A stretch of 64,000 nucleotides of DNA. Source: Gammaproteobacteria bacterium. GTDB lineage: Bacteria; Pseudomonadota; Gammaproteobacteria; JBCCGL01. The stretch is taken from the NCBI GenBank assembly GCA_965277715.1, contig OZ255836.1:1472001-1536000 (forward strand), read 5' to 3'. Shown here one piece after another: positions 1 to 12,124 of the stretch (within the stretch, counting starts at the first letter, position 1; the number at the start of each line of letters is the position of its first letter). Made by a program: the position numbers and the translations under genes. The notes below the pieces were generated by a model. It was not told the origin of the DNA and did not search any database. It worked only from the letters and a program-made list of their open reading frames with translations.

Positions 1-1423
1 TGAGTACCTGGTGGTTAATCTTGTGCTTTTTTAACTGTGCGGATAATAACTCGGAGGTTTCAATTGAAGCAGTGCCCACCAGTACAGGCTGCTGCCGCTT
101 AACACAATCGGCGATATCTTCAACAATGGCGGCAAATTTATCTTCGACCGTCAGGTAAATCAAATCCGCCGAATCAATGCGCACCATTGCCCGGTGGGTG
201 GGAATGACCACCACCTCCAGCCCATAAATCTGTTGGAACTCAAACGCCTCGGTATCAGCCGTGCCGGTCATACCGGCCAGCTTTTCATAGAGCCGAAAGT
301 AATTTTGAAATGTAATCGAGGCAACCGTCTGGTTTTCCTGTTGGACGGGGACACCTTCTTTTGCCTCTACCGCCTGGTGCAAACCTTCAGACCAGCGCCG
401 ACCTGGCATCGTGCGACCGGTAAACTCATCGACAATGACAATTTGGTTGTTGGAGACGATGTAATCCACATCGCGTTGATATATTGCATGCGCACGCAGC
501 GCCGCGTTGAGGTGGTGCAACAAGCCAATATGCGCAGGATCATACAGGCTATCATGCTGCTCCAGTAACCTTCGCTCCAGCATCAACGCCTCAACACGCT
601 CGTGCCCTGATTCACTCAATAATACCTGTTTGGCTTTTTCATCCAGTGTGTAATCCCCTTCTCCACCTTCTCCTTCCTGTAATACCAGGCTGGGAATCAG
701 TGTGTTGATTTGGTTGTAAAGATCGCTGTTATCATTCGTCGGGCCGGAAATAATCAACGGCGTACGCGCTTCATCGATCAGAATTGAATCGACTTCATCG
801 ACAATGGCAAAATGTAGCCCGCGTTGCACTTTCTCTTCGAGTTGTCTGGCCATGTTATCGCGCAGATAATCGAAACCAAATTCGTTGTTGGTGCCATAGG
901 TGATATCTGCAGCGTATGCCTGCCTACGCGCTTCGTTATCCAGACCAGAGACGATAATGCCGATGGAAAGCCCCAGGAAATTGTATAAACGCCCCATCCA
1001 CTGTGCATCACGGCGCGCCAAATAGTCGTTGACGGTAACGACGTGCACACCTTTTCCAGTCAGTGCATTCAAATACACTGCCAGGGTAGCCACCAGTGTT
1101 TTTCCCTCACCCGTGCGCATCTCGGCTATTTTGCCTTGATGTAACACCATCCCCCCAATGAGCTGCACATCAAAATGGCGCATCACCAATACGCGTTTTC
1201 CCGCTTCCCTGACAACGGCAAACGCCTCGGGTAAAATATCATCCAGTGTTTTACCATCAGCCAGTTGCTGCTTAAATTGTGCTGTTTTGGCACATAAAGC
1301 GGCGTCATCCAGAGTGGACAGTCCCTGTTCCAGATCGTTTACAACATCAACCCACTTGCGTAGCTGCTTAACAATGCGATCATTGCGGCTGCCAAAAACC
1401 TTTTTGAATAAATTACCGACCAT
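1..1423 (-). CDS. secA: Preprotein translocase ATPase SecA (5' part; runs off window start)
   Basis: Not in ORF track. Manual translation from ATG at 1423 gives [21 protein letters not shown]..., then [66 protein letters not shown]. Confidence 0.97.
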   Translation of the reverse strand, partial: MVGNLFKKVFGSRNDRIVKQLRKWVDVVNDLEQGLSTLDDAALCAKTAQFKQQLADGKTLDDILPEAFAVVREAGKRVLVMRHFDVQLIGGMVLHQGKIAEMRTGEGKTLVATLAVYLNALTGKGVHVVTVNDYLARRDAQWMGRLYNFLGLSIGIIVSGLDNEARRQAYAADITYGTNNEFGFDYLRDNMARQLEEKVQRGLHFAIVDEVDSILIDEARTPLIISGPTNDNSDLYNQINTLIPSLVLQEGEGGEGDYTLDEKAKQVLLSESGHERVEALMLERRLLEQHDSLYDPAHIGLLHHLNAALRAHAIYQRDVDYIVSNNQIVIVDEFTGRTMPGRRWSEGLHQAVEAKEGVPVQQENQTVASITFQNYFRLYEKLAGMTGTADTEAFEFQQIYGLEVVVIPTHRAMVRIDSADLIYLTVEDKFAAIVEDIADCVKRQQPVLVGTASIETSELLSAQLKKHKINHQVL

Positions 1424-1550
1424 GCCTTGATTGTTACCCAATATAAAGAAAACCGACCCGCAAGCGGGCGCGTGAAAAAAGTGGGTATGTTACTGCCTGC
1501 AATAGCGCAAAGCTATTACAAGTTAATAGGCGGGGGGAATTTAATCCAGG

Positions 1551-1580
1551 GGTGTTCTCAATCAGGTAATTGAGAACACC
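1551..1580 (-). terminator. Hairpin downstream of msrB
   Basis: GGTGTTCTCAAT-caggta-ATTGAGAACACC, perfect 12-bp stem just past the msrB stop. Confidence 0.6.
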
Positions 1581-1595
1581 TAATATGGTGGTAGC

Positions 1596-1997
1596 TCAGT
1601 CGTCCCGTTGCTCAAAACTCAGCGACGCCGAATTGATGCAATAGCGCAAGCCGGTCGGTTTTGGCCCATCGGGAAACACATGACCCAGATGGGCCTGACA
1701 CTGACTGCAATGTACTTCGGTGCGCACCATACCCAGGCTGCGGTCGGTTTCCTCTACAATATTTTTTTCATCCGCCGGTTGCCAAAAACTCGGCCAGCCA
1801 CTACCAGAATCGTACTTTTGTTGAGAGTCAAACAACACCACGCCACAACAGACGCAGTTATAGCTACCGGTGGCCTTGTTGCTGTTGTACTCTCCACTGA
1901 AGGGTGCTTCAGTGCCTTTTTCCCGGGTGACACGGTACTGCTCACGCGTTAGTTTTTCACGCCAGTTTGAATCTGTGTGGCTCACGTTATACTCCAA
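1596..1997 (-). CDS. msrB: Peptide-methionine (R)-S-oxide reductase
   Basis: GTEAPFSG, CxxC pairs, [24 protein letters not shown]. Confidence 0.97.
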   Translation of the reverse strand: MEYNVSHTDSNWREKLTREQYRVTREKGTEAPFSGEYNSNKATGSYNCVCCGVVLFDSQQKYDSGSGWPSFWQPADEKNIVEETDRSLGMVRTEVHCSQCQAHLGHVFPDGPKPTGLRYCINSASLSFEQRDD

Positions 1998-2076
1998 CTC
2001 GTAGGATAAAAAAACACCACGCTATGATGCCAGTATTAATGCAAGGTTCAATACATACCTGTGACTGCCTGTAACG

Positions 2077-2640
2077 ATGAATAAAAAAGTCTCCAGCGAA
2101 GATCTACAACTTTTTCGTGATGCGATAGGAGAGGTAAAACGCCTCGACGATACAGTTTATAGCTCAGTCAAACCATTACCCCGACCAATTCCACGGCAAC
2201 AACAGCTAGACGATAAGGCGGTTATAGATGAACTGCTCAGTGACCCGAGCCAAAATGAAATACTCGAAACGGGTGAGCATCTGAGTTACCGCAACCACGG
2301 CGTACAGGCGAATGTACTGAAAAAACTGCGGCGCGGCAGTTTTAGTATTCAGGCAGAATTAGACCTGCACGGGCTAACGGTTGAACAGGCACGCGATCAG
2401 GTACGCCACTTCCTACACAGCGCGCTCGATCAAGAACACCGCTGTGTGCGTATCATTCACGGCAAGGGGCGCAAAAACGCCGAGCGCACACCCATATTAA
2501 AACCCATGCTCAACCACTGGCTGCAGCGTAAACGTGAAGTGATAGCCTTCTGCTCAGCCAAACCAGAAGATGGAGGCACCGGTGCCGTTTATGTGCTCCT
2601 GGGTCGAAGCCGTCAGAACCCATCTCACGCGTCAGGATAA
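2077..2640 (+). CDS. Smr/MutS2 domain endonuclease (SmrA-like)
   Basis: LDLHGLT, IIHGKG and GGTGAVYVLL motifs. Confidence 0.92.
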   Translation: MNKKVSSEDLQLFRDAIGEVKRLDDTVYSSVKPLPRPIPRQQQLDDKAVIDELLSDPSQNEILETGEHLSYRNHGVQANVLKKLRRGSFSIQAELDLHGLTVEQARDQVRHFLHSALDQEHRCVRIIHGKGRKNAERTPILKPMLNHWLQRKREVIAFCSAKPEDGGTGAVYVLLGRSRQNPSHASG

Positions 2641-2672
2641 AAACCAATACATGGCTCTATAATATCGCCGAT

Positions 2673-3704
2673 ATGACAACGACAATAACCCAGACAAGGC
2701 AAGCCGATGTAATTACCCCCTATCGTACATTGCTCGATACCGCCAACAAACATTGGCTATCCACTGTCCGGCAGAGCACCATCACCACGGTTGACAATAC
2801 CCTGATTCATTATGCGTGGTTGCACACCGAAAATCCGACCGCCTGCATTGTTATCGCGACCGGCAGAGCAGAGAGTTATCTAAAATATAAAGACCTCGCC
2901 TGGCAACTCAACACAGCCGGTTACTCTGTACTGTTGTACGACCATCGCGGGCAAGGGCTTTCCGGGCGTATGCTGAAAGACCCCCTTAAAGGTTATGTGC
3001 ACACTTTCGATCATTATGTCAGCGACCTGAAACACCTCTACGATACCCAGCTCACACCACAGAAACCCACCAGGAAAATCCTGTTAAGCCATTCGATGGG
3101 GGGAACCATATCAGCGTTATACGCAATAAAATACCCGGAAGATTTCGACGCCCTGGTATTGTCATCACCCATGTTGGGGTTACCCAGTGGGCGCTGGGGA
3201 AAGTATTTGGCAAGTGCTATCGATACTATCGAATCCACACTGTATCGTTGGTTTGGCCGCGAATCAGGGTATGTACCCTGTATTGAACAATACGCCAATA
3301 TTTCCTTTGAAAAAAATAACCTCACGCATAGCCATGAGCGATATGAAAATATGGCAACACTGGCAAGAGAAACCCCCGGCATTGCACTCGGTAACCCAAC
3401 GATTCACTGGGTACATGAAGCCTACCGCGCTTTTGATGCGATCTTTGCCGACCTAATGGCAATATCATCCCCCGTTTTACTCCTGCAAGCCTGTGCCGAC
3501 AAGGTCGTTTGCAATAGCGCACAAAACACCCTCCACACACAACTCAGGTCAGCGAGTAACATGCATAAGCTCGTATCAATCGAGGGCGCCAGACATGAGT
3601 TATTAAACGAAACAGCGCCGTTTCGGGATATCGCTGTCGATAGCATACTCACGTTTATTGCCGCTATTTGTAAGAACACTAAAGACTACTCTGCTCACGG
3701 GTAG
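2673..3704 (+). CDS. pldB: Lysophospholipase L2-like alpha/beta hydrolase
   Basis: [25 protein letters not shown] nucleophile, [17 protein letters not shown]. Confidence 0.8.
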   Translation: MTTTITQTRQADVITPYRTLLDTANKHWLSTVRQSTITTVDNTLIHYAWLHTENPTACIVIATGRAESYLKYKDLAWQLNTAGYSVLLYDHRGQGLSGRMLKDPLKGYVHTFDHYVSDLKHLYDTQLTPQKPTRKILLSHSMGGTISALYAIKYPEDFDALVLSSPMLGLPSGRWGKYLASAIDTIESTLYRWFGRESGYVPCIEQYANISFEKNNLTHSHERYENMATLARETPGIALGNPTIHWVHEAYRAFDAIFADLMAISSPVLLLQACADKVVCNSAQNTLHTQLRSASNMHKLVSIEGARHELLNETAPFRDIAVDSILTFIAAICKNTKDYSAHG

Positions 3705-5271
3705 CAAGAAATTCAACGGTTGGCCAACGCTCCTGTGTCATTTGTAAATTAACCCGTGTCGGCGCCAAATAAACCAGCGCACCTGCGTGATCAAGCGACA
3801 GATTTCCCGCCAGTTTCTCGCTAAACTCTCTATGCTTTTTGTCCTCATCACAACGCACCCAACGCGCTGTCTGCACATTGACTGCCTCAAACTGGCAATC
3901 GACGCTATACTCATCCCGCAAGCGCTGCGCAACCACATCAAACTGCAATATACCGACCGCCCCAAGAATCAAATCGTTGTTGGTTTTGGGTCGAAATAAC
4001 TGTGTCGCCCCCTCTTCACACAATTGCTCCAGGCCCTTGTGCAACTGTTTCATTTTCAAAGGGTCTTTTAATCGCGCCCGGCGAAAAAGTTCTGGGGCAA
4101 AGTTGGGAATACCGGTAAAAGTCAACGCTTCATTGGTGGTAAACGTATCGCCAATACTAATACTACCGTGATTGTGCAAACCGATAATATCACCACTGTA
4201 AGCCTGGTCGACATGGCCGCGCTCGGCGGCGAGAAACGTTAGTGCATCGCCAATTTTAATGTCTTTTTTCAGGCGCGTATGGCGTACTTTCATACCTCGT
4301 TGGTAACTACCTGAACAAATGCGCAAAAAGGCAATCCGGTCGCGGTGTTGTGGGTCCATATTGGCCTGAATTTTAAATACAAAACCAGTGAACTTTTCCT
4401 CATCGGGCTGTACCGTGCGGGTCAGTGTATTACGCATTTGTGGTGCAGGTGCGTGTTCGACAAAATCATCGAGCAACTCTGCAACACCAAAGTTATTGAT
4501 CGCTGAACCAAAGAAAACCGGTGTCAATTCACCACGTAGATAGGCTTGTTTATCGAACGCATTACTGGCACCTTTCACCAGTTCAATTTCCTCGCGTAGT
4601 TCCTCCGCTTGTGGGCCAAGTAACGTATCCAGTTGAGGATTGTCCAACCCCGTTATCACATCACCGCTTTGCATTTTTCCGCCATGTGTTGGACTGAAAA
4701 AATGGACAGTTTCATTAACCAGATGATAAACACCTTTAAAGCGTTTACCCATACCCACTGGCCAGGTGATTGGGGCACAGCGAATACCCAGCCTGTCTTC
4801 TACTTCATCTAACAAATCAATTGGGTCACGCCCTTCGCGGTCGAGTTTATTGATAAACGTCATGACGGGTGTATCACGTAATCGACAGACCTCCATCAGT
4901 TTTTCAGTGCGTGGTTCAACGCCTTTGGCAACATCGATCACCATCAACGCCGAGTCGACGGCTGTCAGCGTACGGTAAGTATCCTCTGAAAAGTCTTCAT
5001 GGCCTGGGGTATCCAGCAAATTAACCATACACTCCTTGTAGGGAAACTGCATCACCGATGAAGTCACCGAAATGCCACGCTCTTTTTCCATCGACATCCA
5101 ATCCGAGGTTGCATGGCGCGCCGCTTTGCGACCCTTAACTGTGCCCGCCAGCTGAATAGCACCACCAAATAACAGCAGCTTTTCAGTTAATGTGGTTTTT
5201 CCCGCATCTGGGTGCGAGATAATTGCAAAAGTCCTACGTCTTTGAATTTGTTTAAGAAAATATTGATTCAC
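3679..5271 (-). CDS. prfC: Peptide chain release factor 3
   Basis: [42 protein letters not shown]. Confidence 0.98.
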   Translation of the reverse strand: MNQYFLKQIQRRRTFAIISHPDAGKTTLTEKLLLFGGAIQLAGTVKGRKAARHATSDWMSMEKERGISVTSSVMQFPYKECMVNLLDTPGHEDFSEDTYRTLTAVDSALMVIDVAKGVEPRTEKLMEVCRLRDTPVMTFINKLDREGRDPIDLLDEVEDRLGIRCAPITWPVGMGKRFKGVYHLVNETVHFFSPTHGGKMQSGDVITGLDNPQLDTLLGPQAEELREEIELVKGASNAFDKQAYLRGELTPVFFGSAINNFGVAELLDDFVEHAPAPQMRNTLTRTVQPDEEKFTGFVFKIQANMDPQHRDRIAFLRICSGSYQRGMKVRHTRLKKDIKIGDALTFLAAERGHVDQAYSGDIIGLHNHGSISIGDTFTTNEALTFTGIPNFAPELFRRARLKDPLKMKQLHKGLEQLCEEGATQLFRPKTNNDLILGAVGILQFDVVAQRLRDEYSVDCQFEAVNVQTARWVRCDEDKKHREFSEKLAGNLSLDHAGALVYLAPTRVNLQMTQERWPTVEFLATREQSSL

Positions 5272-5362
5272 TCAGTATAAATCCTGTTTTTGTGCACAAA
5301 TTTGTACACACGTCTAAAAGTACTTTGATAAAAAGCGGCACTATAAACTGCAGATGGAGTAA

Positions 5363-5640
5363 TTGATATATTCTTTACGCTGCCGCCACCATTTCAGCGG
5401 CCCTCCCAAACCAGCAGGAACCATCCGAATCACTTGCCACCAACCACGCCAACTGAGTGAAGAAGCGCGTTCAGTGGTATTGAATACGCTCAATAGCCAT
5501 GAGTTCTATGATCAACCACCGGCGCAGGTTTATCATACTCTGCTGAGTCACCGCATTTACCTCTGTTCGATCAGTACAATGCACCGCCTATTGCGTCATT
5601 CAGATCAGTCCGGGGAACGCCGGGGACAGCGTGCTCGGCA
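5363..5640 (+). pseudogene. IS3-family transposase OrfB fragment
   Basis: LSEEARSVVLNTLNSHEFYDQPPAQVYHTLL...YLCSISTMHRLL is the HTH region of OrfB; the DDE domain is absent. Confidence 0.7.
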
Positions 5641-5885
5641 ATCTCCGCTTCGCTCATCAATGCCATCTGAGTCACGGCTGTAAACTTGTCTTTTGAACGC
5701 CATCCTTCCGGTGTCGCATCAGCGTCAGGGAGCAACCTACCCGCATTTCTTGCCTGTTGACGCCAGTTATACAACGTCGCTTCCGCCATCCCTCCTGACT
5801 TTGACAAGGCCGCTATTGTCTGATTATTCGGTAGTAGCATCTTGCTCAATACCACTTCTTTTCGTGCGAGGGAATAGCCCACCAT
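5640..5885 (-). pseudogene. IS3-family transposase OrfA fragment
   Basis: GYSLARKEVVLSKMLLPNNQTI...EATLYNWR is homologous to the OrfA at 31067-31561; truncated. Confidence 0.75.
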
Positions 5886-5928
5886 TATTCTCTTTTCCGC
5901 CCCTTATTCATTTTGGAAGTTGGGTATG

Positions 5929-6710
5929 ACGCATGTAAACCTATTGGTTCTTTCCATTGACTGGCACAATGTAGCGGTTCCCCTATTTTAGACAAAGCGG
6001 GAAACAGCCATACTCAGGAGCGGACTGATCGGGTTAATCGTTATTTGACTGTTTTTCCTGTACAGACGATCAGTGCCTTATTGGCTGACCGTGAATTTCG
6101 AGGTAAAGAATGGATTATGTATTTGAAAAAGAAGAATATTCCGTTTTCTATCCGTATTCCTAACAATACTCAGGTCAGGACAAAAAAAGGCAAAAAAGTG
6201 AAGGCATCAGCGCTATTTTTGCTGGGTGTAGAACAAACCTGTGCATTGACAGACGCTCGATCTGTTTGGGGAGAGAGCGTCTATTTATCGTGTTTTCGTT
6301 CTCATCAGGAGCATGTGATTATTGCGAGCGATAGGTGCGCCCATAATGCATTAGTTGAGTATCAACAGCGCTGGCAAATAGAGCGTTTATTCCAGACATT
6401 AAAAGGTCGAGGGTTCGATATGGAAAAGACACATTTAACGAAACCTGATAGGGTTGAAAAACTACTGGTATTGGTGAGTTTAACATTTTGTTGGTGTTAT
6501 CAGATTGGCCATGAACAGCAAAAAACCACACCCATCAAAAAGAAAAATCATGACCATCCTAGTAAAAGTGTTTTTCGGTTAGGATTGGAAACAGTTTCCC
6601 GGGTTGTTTTGAACATAGGGGAACAGCAGTTGCAGTAGCAAATACTGCTTCAACCTTTTAGACAATTAAAAACCGACCTCTTATTGTTATAATAGTTGTC
6701 CTATACAGAG
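5929..6710 (+). pseudogene. IS4-family transposase remnant with right end
   Basis: LLADREF and YQQRWQIERLFQTLKGRGF (YREK-type motif). 5' truncated and frameshifted near 5990; ends TTGTCCTATACAGAG. Confidence 0.8.
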
Positions 6711-7235
6711 TGCAAAACCTTATTTTTTTCAATTTCTGCCTTAACGTTCCAAGGTAATAGTGCCTCCCATTTATCAACCGTGTCGGCATACGGTAGCTTG
6801 GGGAGAATATGGCAATAATAGACATAAGGTTCAATACCATTGGCCTTGCAGGTTTCCACCAGACTGTGATGGTTTGCGCTGGCATGCCTCCCTTTCATTA
6901 CGATGCTTAGATGCTTTTCCAACCACACCTGAGATCGGTTAATAGAAGCACAGCGATGGCTTGCCGCTGTCGGTATTTTTCCATCGGTGTGGCGTCTTTG
7001 ATCTGTCGTTCCAGTCGATACAGAGCATTGATTTTTCCGAAGGCAATATCCGTCTTGCTCACTTTAATGGCTTTATCTTTGGGTTGGGCTTTTTGCACCT
7101 CAACAAATTTACGACGCGCATGATCGAAACAACTTAGCTGTTTGAGTCCGCGTCGCTGCCAGATAGCATCATAGCTGCTCAAACCGTCGCATTGAAGGTA
7201 ACCTTCGAACCCCGCCAATAGACGGGCAGGTATCT
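6711..7235 (-). pseudogene. IS66-family TnpC fragments
   Basis: GFEGYLQCDG, CFDHARRKF, SLVETCKANGIEPY...LLPW; internal deletion and frameshift. Confidence 0.85.
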
Positions 7236-7465
7236 CTTGACCCTGTGAAGATGCTGCTGCCAAAAAGCTTGCTTACCTGGTTGACCGATCAAACGGTATT
7301 ATTGATGAGTTATACGTCTATATATTGGCGCTTACGTATAACTGAAGAGGAGGCATATAACGTATGCTGCACAACGCTAAAAATAAGAGGATAAATAGAC
7401 GCTTTTTTAAGCAGTGCTGTCATGCTAATGTAATGTAACTGACACAAAGCATATGAGTATCTGCA

Positions 7466-8254
7466 ATGCCCTGTAACGATAATACTATATTGATAGAAAA
7501 CCTGCCATTTGACACCGATACAGGCATTGCCTATCGCGCTAAAATCGGCCTTATCGTACTCGCAACCGATTACACAATAGAGCACGAGTGGCGTCAGGTT
7601 TTTTCCCAGACAGATGGTGTAGCGCTCTACCAAAGCAGAATATTTAACGAGAATAAAATTTCGCCTGAAAGTCTTCGGGCTATGGAACCCCGCATTGTGG
7701 AATGTGCCAATATTATTACCCCGGATACGCCACTGGATGTGGTGGCTTATGGTTGCACATCCGCATCAATGGCGATTGGCGAGCAACAGGTATTTGCGAA
7801 TATCAGAAAAGCAAAACCCGACGTTCAATGCACTACACCAATTACCGCCGCCTTCGCCGCATTTAACGCTTTCAAGGCAAAACGCATTGGTGTCTTGACA
7901 CCTTACACCGCTGAAGTGAATAAGATTGTCGCCGAGTACATTACTGCACGTGGGTTTCAGGTACCTGTATTTGGATCATTCAATGAAAGCCTGGACACAA
8001 CGGTATCACGCATTACCCCGCAATCGATTGAGCGCGGTGTGCGGCGTATTATCCAGGATGCAGCGGTTGATGCAATTTTTGTCTCGTGCACATCAGTGCG
8101 TTTGCTTGAAGCCTGCGCCGCATTGGAGAGCAGCCTGAGAATACCATTAACCTCATCTAATCATGCAATGGCCTGGCACTCATTGCGGCTCGCCGGTGTT
8201 GAGGATTCACTGACACAATTTGGCTCATTGTATAGTTTGCCGCTACCAGACTAA
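7466..8254 (+). CDS. Asp/Glu racemase / maleate isomerase family protein (EutA-like)
   Basis: GLIVLATDYTIEHE; two catalytic Cys motifs YGCTSAS and VSCTS; LTPY; SSNHAMAWH. Confidence 0.85.
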   Translation: MPCNDNTILIENLPFDTDTGIAYRAKIGLIVLATDYTIEHEWRQVFSQTDGVALYQSRIFNENKISPESLRAMEPRIVECANIITPDTPLDVVAYGCTSASMAIGEQQVFANIRKAKPDVQCTTPITAAFAAFNAFKAKRIGVLTPYTAEVNKIVAEYITARGFQVPVFGSFNESLDTTVSRITPQSIERGVRRIIQDAAVDAIFVSCTSVRLLEACAALESSLRIPLTSSNHAMAWHSLRLAGVEDSLTQFGSLYSLPLPD

Positions 8255-8282
8255 GCGTTAAATCTAAAAGCGTAACGGCTCC

Positions 8283-10112
8283 CTACGGCTCTGTTTGTTG
8301 TAACTGATTAAGTGTTAAATGGCAGGCAATTTGATGCTCGTCATCCAATGTCAGTACCGGCGGTACTGTTGTATCACAAGTGCCTTCAATTGCATGAGGG
8401 CAACGATTAAAAAACGGACAGCCAACGTCGGTAATTTCCACTCCACGTGCAATACCTGCAGCCATTTCGCGTTTTTCCATCGTATCTTCAAGCCACCCCA
8501 GGCGCAACTCAGGCACCGAACTGATCAATAAACGCGTGTAGGGGTGATACGGTGGTGTCAGCACTTCGTCTGTGGGACCCTGCTCTACAACGCGACCCGC
8601 ATAAAGTACGACAATTTCATCGGCAAACGATGATACAGTTGATAAATCATGGCTAATAAAAACAAACGATACACCGGTTTTATCGCGCAACGCTGTCAGT
8701 AATTTGATCACGTTGGCACCGACGATACTATCCAGCGCTGAAGTCACTTCATCGCAGAGCATCACTTCAGGTGATGCCGCCAGTGACCGGGCCAGGTTGA
8801 TGCGTTGTTTCTGACCACCAGACAGTTCACCTGGAAAGCGGCTGGCAAACTCGGCGGGCAGTTCGACCATTTCGAGAATTTCATTGACCCTCTGTTGTTT
8901 CTCCCTCCCTGTAATACCTTGATAAAACTCCAGTGGCCGACCAATAATATCACCGATCTGTTGTTTGGGGTTTAGAGCAGTATCCGCCATTTGAAACACA
9001 AACTGCACCTTGCGCAACTCATCCAGTTTGCGATCATGCAGATCACCTTGCAGTATCTCACCGTCCAGCTCGACATCACCCTTTGCCTGCGGTAACAAAC
9101 CGGCCATTACCCGCGCCAGGGTGGACTTGCCACACCCCGATTCACCAATGACGCCAACCACATGACCATTTTTTACCTTGACATCAATATCCCGCAATAC
9201 AGGTACAGCGGGTATCCCATTAACAACTTTGCCATAACCCGCCGTCATGTTTTTAACGTGAAGATTAGCCACATCGCGGTCGTGATCACCACTCACTTCA
9301 ACGCCTTGCCCCGCCATGGGTTTAGGCCTTACCGCTTCCATCAATCGGCGGGTATAAGCATGGCTGGGATTGTTAATAATCTGGTCAGCCGTGCCCTGCT
9401 CCATAATTTCACCGCCGTATAAAACGACAATGTAGTCGGCAACCTGGGCAACCACTGCCAGATCATGGGTAACATAAATCGCCGCTGAGTTTTCCTCTTT
9501 TATGACTTTTTTAAAGGCTTTTAAGACTTCGATTTGAGTAGTGACATCCAACGCTGTCGTCGGCTCGTCCAATACCATTAAGTCAGGGTTACCACACAGC
9601 GCCATCGCTGCCATCAGGCGTTGCAACTGACCGCCCGACACCTGGTGTGGATAGCGATAGCCAATGCGATCCGGATCAGGTAACTCCAATGCATGGTATA
9701 GCGCCTCAGCGCGCTCGGTCGCCTGTTCCTGAGTCAATATACCGTGCAGTACAGCCGATTCGGTCACTTGCTCGCCAATGGTAATTGCCGGGTTGAATGT
9801 CGCCGCTGCACTCTGTGCGAGGTAGGCTACTTTGGCGCCACGAATCTCTCGTTGGCGCAGTGGGTCAGCGGTCAGTACATCCTCACCATTTAATACCATT
9901 TCACCACCCGCGAAGTGCAGACCCGGCTTGGTATACGCCAGCGACGCCAGTGAAATAGTTGTTTTACCAGAGCCAGACTCACCAATCAATGCAACTACTT
10001 CGCCCTTGTGAATATCAAAACTAACGCCTTTGACGATGGGGATTTCGATACCGTCATCGCTAGTGGCACTAATTCTTAACGCTTTTACTTCGAGTAATTT
10101 TTCTTTTTCCAT
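8283..10112 (-). CDS. Dpp/Opp-type ABC transporter, fused double ATPase
   Basis: Two Walker A (GESGSGKT, GESGCGKS), two SGGQ signatures, C-terminal GCPFFNRC. Likely start MEKEKLLEVK at 10112. Confidence 0.92.
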   Translation of the reverse strand: MEKEKLLEVKALRISATSDDGIEIPIVKGVSFDIHKGEVVALIGESGSGKTTISLASLAYTKPGLHFAGGEMVLNGEDVLTADPLRQREIRGAKVAYLAQSAAATFNPAITIGEQVTESAVLHGILTQEQATERAEALYHALELPDPDRIGYRYPHQVSGGQLQRLMAAMALCGNPDLMVLDEPTTALDVTTQIEVLKAFKKVIKEENSAAIYVTHDLAVVAQVADYIVVLYGGEIMEQGTADQIINNPSHAYTRRLMEAVRPKPMAGQGVEVSGDHDRDVANLHVKNMTAGYGKVVNGIPAVPVLRDIDVKVKNGHVVGVIGESGCGKSTLARVMAGLLPQAKGDVELDGEILQGDLHDRKLDELRKVQFVFQMADTALNPKQQIGDIIGRPLEFYQGITGREKQQRVNEILEMVELPAEFASRFPGELSGGQKQRINLARSLAASPEVMLCDEVTSALDSIVGANVIKLLTALRDKTGVSFVFISHDLSTVSSFADEIVVLYAGRVVEQGPTDEVLTPPYHPYTRLLISSVPELRLGWLEDTMEKREMAAGIARGVEITDVGCPFFNRCPHAIEGTCDTTVPPVLTLDDEHQIACHLTLNQLQQTEP

Positions 10113-10116
10113 CGTT

Positions 10117-11043
10117 CTATACCATTTTCTTAGCGAGACTACCGCCAGATTTAGCGGAAACATCGTCTACTATCAGGTTAATCGAGATGGTAAATGTTGC
10201 AATGGCAAGCGCAGGCCAGATAGCCGCATAGGAACCATAGGTCAACCCTTGAAGGTTTTCCCTCACCATGCTGCCCCAATCAGATGCAGGTGGTTGAATA
10301 CCAAGCCCCAAAAAACTCAGGCTCGAAATAAACAACACCACAAATACTAGGCGCAACCCAAAGTCGGTAGCCAGTGGCATGGCGGCATTGGGCAGTACTT
10401 CAGATTTAATGATCCACCAGACCCCCTCCCCCCGCGCTCTGGCGGCTTCGACGAAGTCCTGTACCATGATATCCTGCCCTAAAGCACGGGCTATTCTGAA
10501 TACGCTGGTTGCGTAGATAATCGCCGCTGTGCCAATCAGAATGGGTATAGATGACCCTAACGCAGCGATAACAATAAGACCCAACATGATAGTCGGCAGC
10601 GCCAGGATCGCGTCATTCACCCGGCTTATTAGCATATCGATCCAGCCACCTTTAACCGCCGCCAAAATCCCCAGTGTGATACCAATCAGGTAAGCCAGCA
10701 ATGTAGACAGCAGCGCTATTCCAATTGTGTTTCTGGCGCCAAAGATAATGCGCGATAACGTATCTCTACCCAGATAGTCAGTGCCCAGGTAGAAGTCACC
10801 GTAAGCATCCAAAAAACCATCATCACCCTCCATATCCATTTCGTGATAGGGGGCAATATAAGGCCCTATAACAACGATAATCATCCAGAATATCACTACG
10901 ATAGCAGCACACTGGCCCACCCAGGAGAGTTTTATCCGCCTTTTTGGTGGTGCATCGGGCAATTCATCAAATGTATCCAGCTTACTAAGAATGGCCTGCT
11001 CTTTATCCAGGACTTCTTCGCTGGTGTTATTTTCTTCTGTCAT
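10117..11043 (-). CDS. Dpp/Opp-type ABC permease (DppC-like)
   Basis: LGTDYLGRD, EAARARG (EAA loop), SLSFLGLGIQPP. Confidence 0.92.
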   Translation of the reverse strand: MTEENNTSEEVLDKEQAILSKLDTFDELPDAPPKRRIKLSWVGQCAAIVVIFWMIIVVIGPYIAPYHEMDMEGDDGFLDAYGDFYLGTDYLGRDTLSRIIFGARNTIGIALLSTLLAYLIGITLGILAAVKGGWIDMLISRVNDAILALPTIMLGLIVIAALGSSIPILIGTAAIIYATSVFRIARALGQDIMVQDFVEAARARGEGVWWIIKSEVLPNAAMPLATDFGLRLVFVVLFISSLSFLGLGIQPPASDWGSMVRENLQGLTYGSYAAIWPALAIATFTISINLIVDDVSAKSGGSLAKKMV

Positions 11044-11052
11044 GGTGCCACC

Positions 11053-12003
11053 TTACTTGGGGTGCCGAAGGCGTGGATTGGAGAGTATCGAGGCGATATC
11101 CGCAGCGAGGATTAAAATGACATACGTACCACAAAAAATCATTGCACACGCCTGAACCAGGGGTAAATCTCGCGTTTGCACACCATCGATCATCAGTTTT
11201 GCCAACCCAGGGTAGGCAAATATAGTCTCAACGATCACTACACCACTGACCAGATAGGCAAGATTTAAAGCAATAACATTAACAATAGGGCCGATAGCAT
11301 TAAAAAAGGCGTGGCGCAAAATAATCCTTCTTCTCGGTACGCCCTTTAAAATCGCCATTTCAATATAAGGTGAATTCATTACATTGAGAATACCGGCCCG
11401 CGTCATACGTATCATCTGTGCCGACACCACAATTACCAGGGTAATCAATGGCATTGCCAGTGCCCGAAGCAGTTCCAAAAATGATTCATCACCTCGTAGA
11501 TAAGCCGTTGAGGGTAACCAGTGCAACTCAACGGCCAAAATCAACACCAATACGGTGGCAATAAAAAACTCAGGTACAGATATTGTACTTAATGTACCGA
11601 AGGTGACGGTTCTGTCCAGCCATGTCCCTGGGTGCATAGCCGCCCATAGACCCAGAGTAATTGAAATAGGGATGGAAATGAGTGCCACCAGCCCGGCCAT
11701 CGTCATGGTATTACCCATGCGACCACTTATCAGGCTTTCTATCGTGGCGCCACCGGCCTTGGAAATTCCCAAATCACCGCTGGCCATATTGCCAAGCCAA
11801 AGAAAGTAACGCACATAACCAGGTTTATCTATGCCTAGCTCTGCGCGTAGCGCGGCTAGTGTCTCGGGTGTTGCGCTTTGCCCAAGAATAATTTGTGCTA
11901 CATCGCCGGGGAGAATACTGGTTGCCAGAAAGACAATCACTGAAACCACAATCAGCGTAGCAAAGCCAATCATAATCCGGTGCAGAACCATTTGCATCAT
12001 CAT
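11053..12003 (-). CDS. Dpp/Opp-type ABC permease (DppB-like)
   Basis: LPGDVAQIILG, YIEMAILKG, VIVETIFAYPGL, RDLPLVQ. Confidence 0.92.
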   Translation of the reverse strand: MMMQMVLHRIMIGFATLIVVSVIVFLATSILPGDVAQIILGQSATPETLAALRAELGIDKPGYVRYFLWLGNMASGDLGISKAGGATIESLISGRMGNTMTMAGLVALISIPISITLGLWAAMHPGTWLDRTVTFGTLSTISVPEFFIATVLVLILAVELHWLPSTAYLRGDESFLELLRALAMPLITLVIVVSAQMIRMTRAGILNVMNSPYIEMAILKGVPRRRIILRHAFFNAIGPIVNVIALNLAYLVSGVVIVETIFAYPGLAKLMIDGVQTRDLPLVQACAMIFCGTYVILILAADIASILSNPRLRHPK

Positions 12004-12124
12004 AAACTGTGCCCTCTACTTTTCTTTTTTGTGTGTTGTACGCGACGACTGCCACGCTATATTTGTTTTTGTAGGTGAAAGGCCTACATAACACTGTATG
12101 CAGGCCACGACCCGTGGTCAGGGC

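Noticed and set aside
194-1430. Small listed ORFs at the window start, and similar overlapping ORFs throughout
   Set aside because: They are shadow frames of secA and other well-supported genes.
1424-1595. secM-like arrest peptide upstream of secA
   Set aside because: The gap is too short and holds no suitable ORF, only hairpins.
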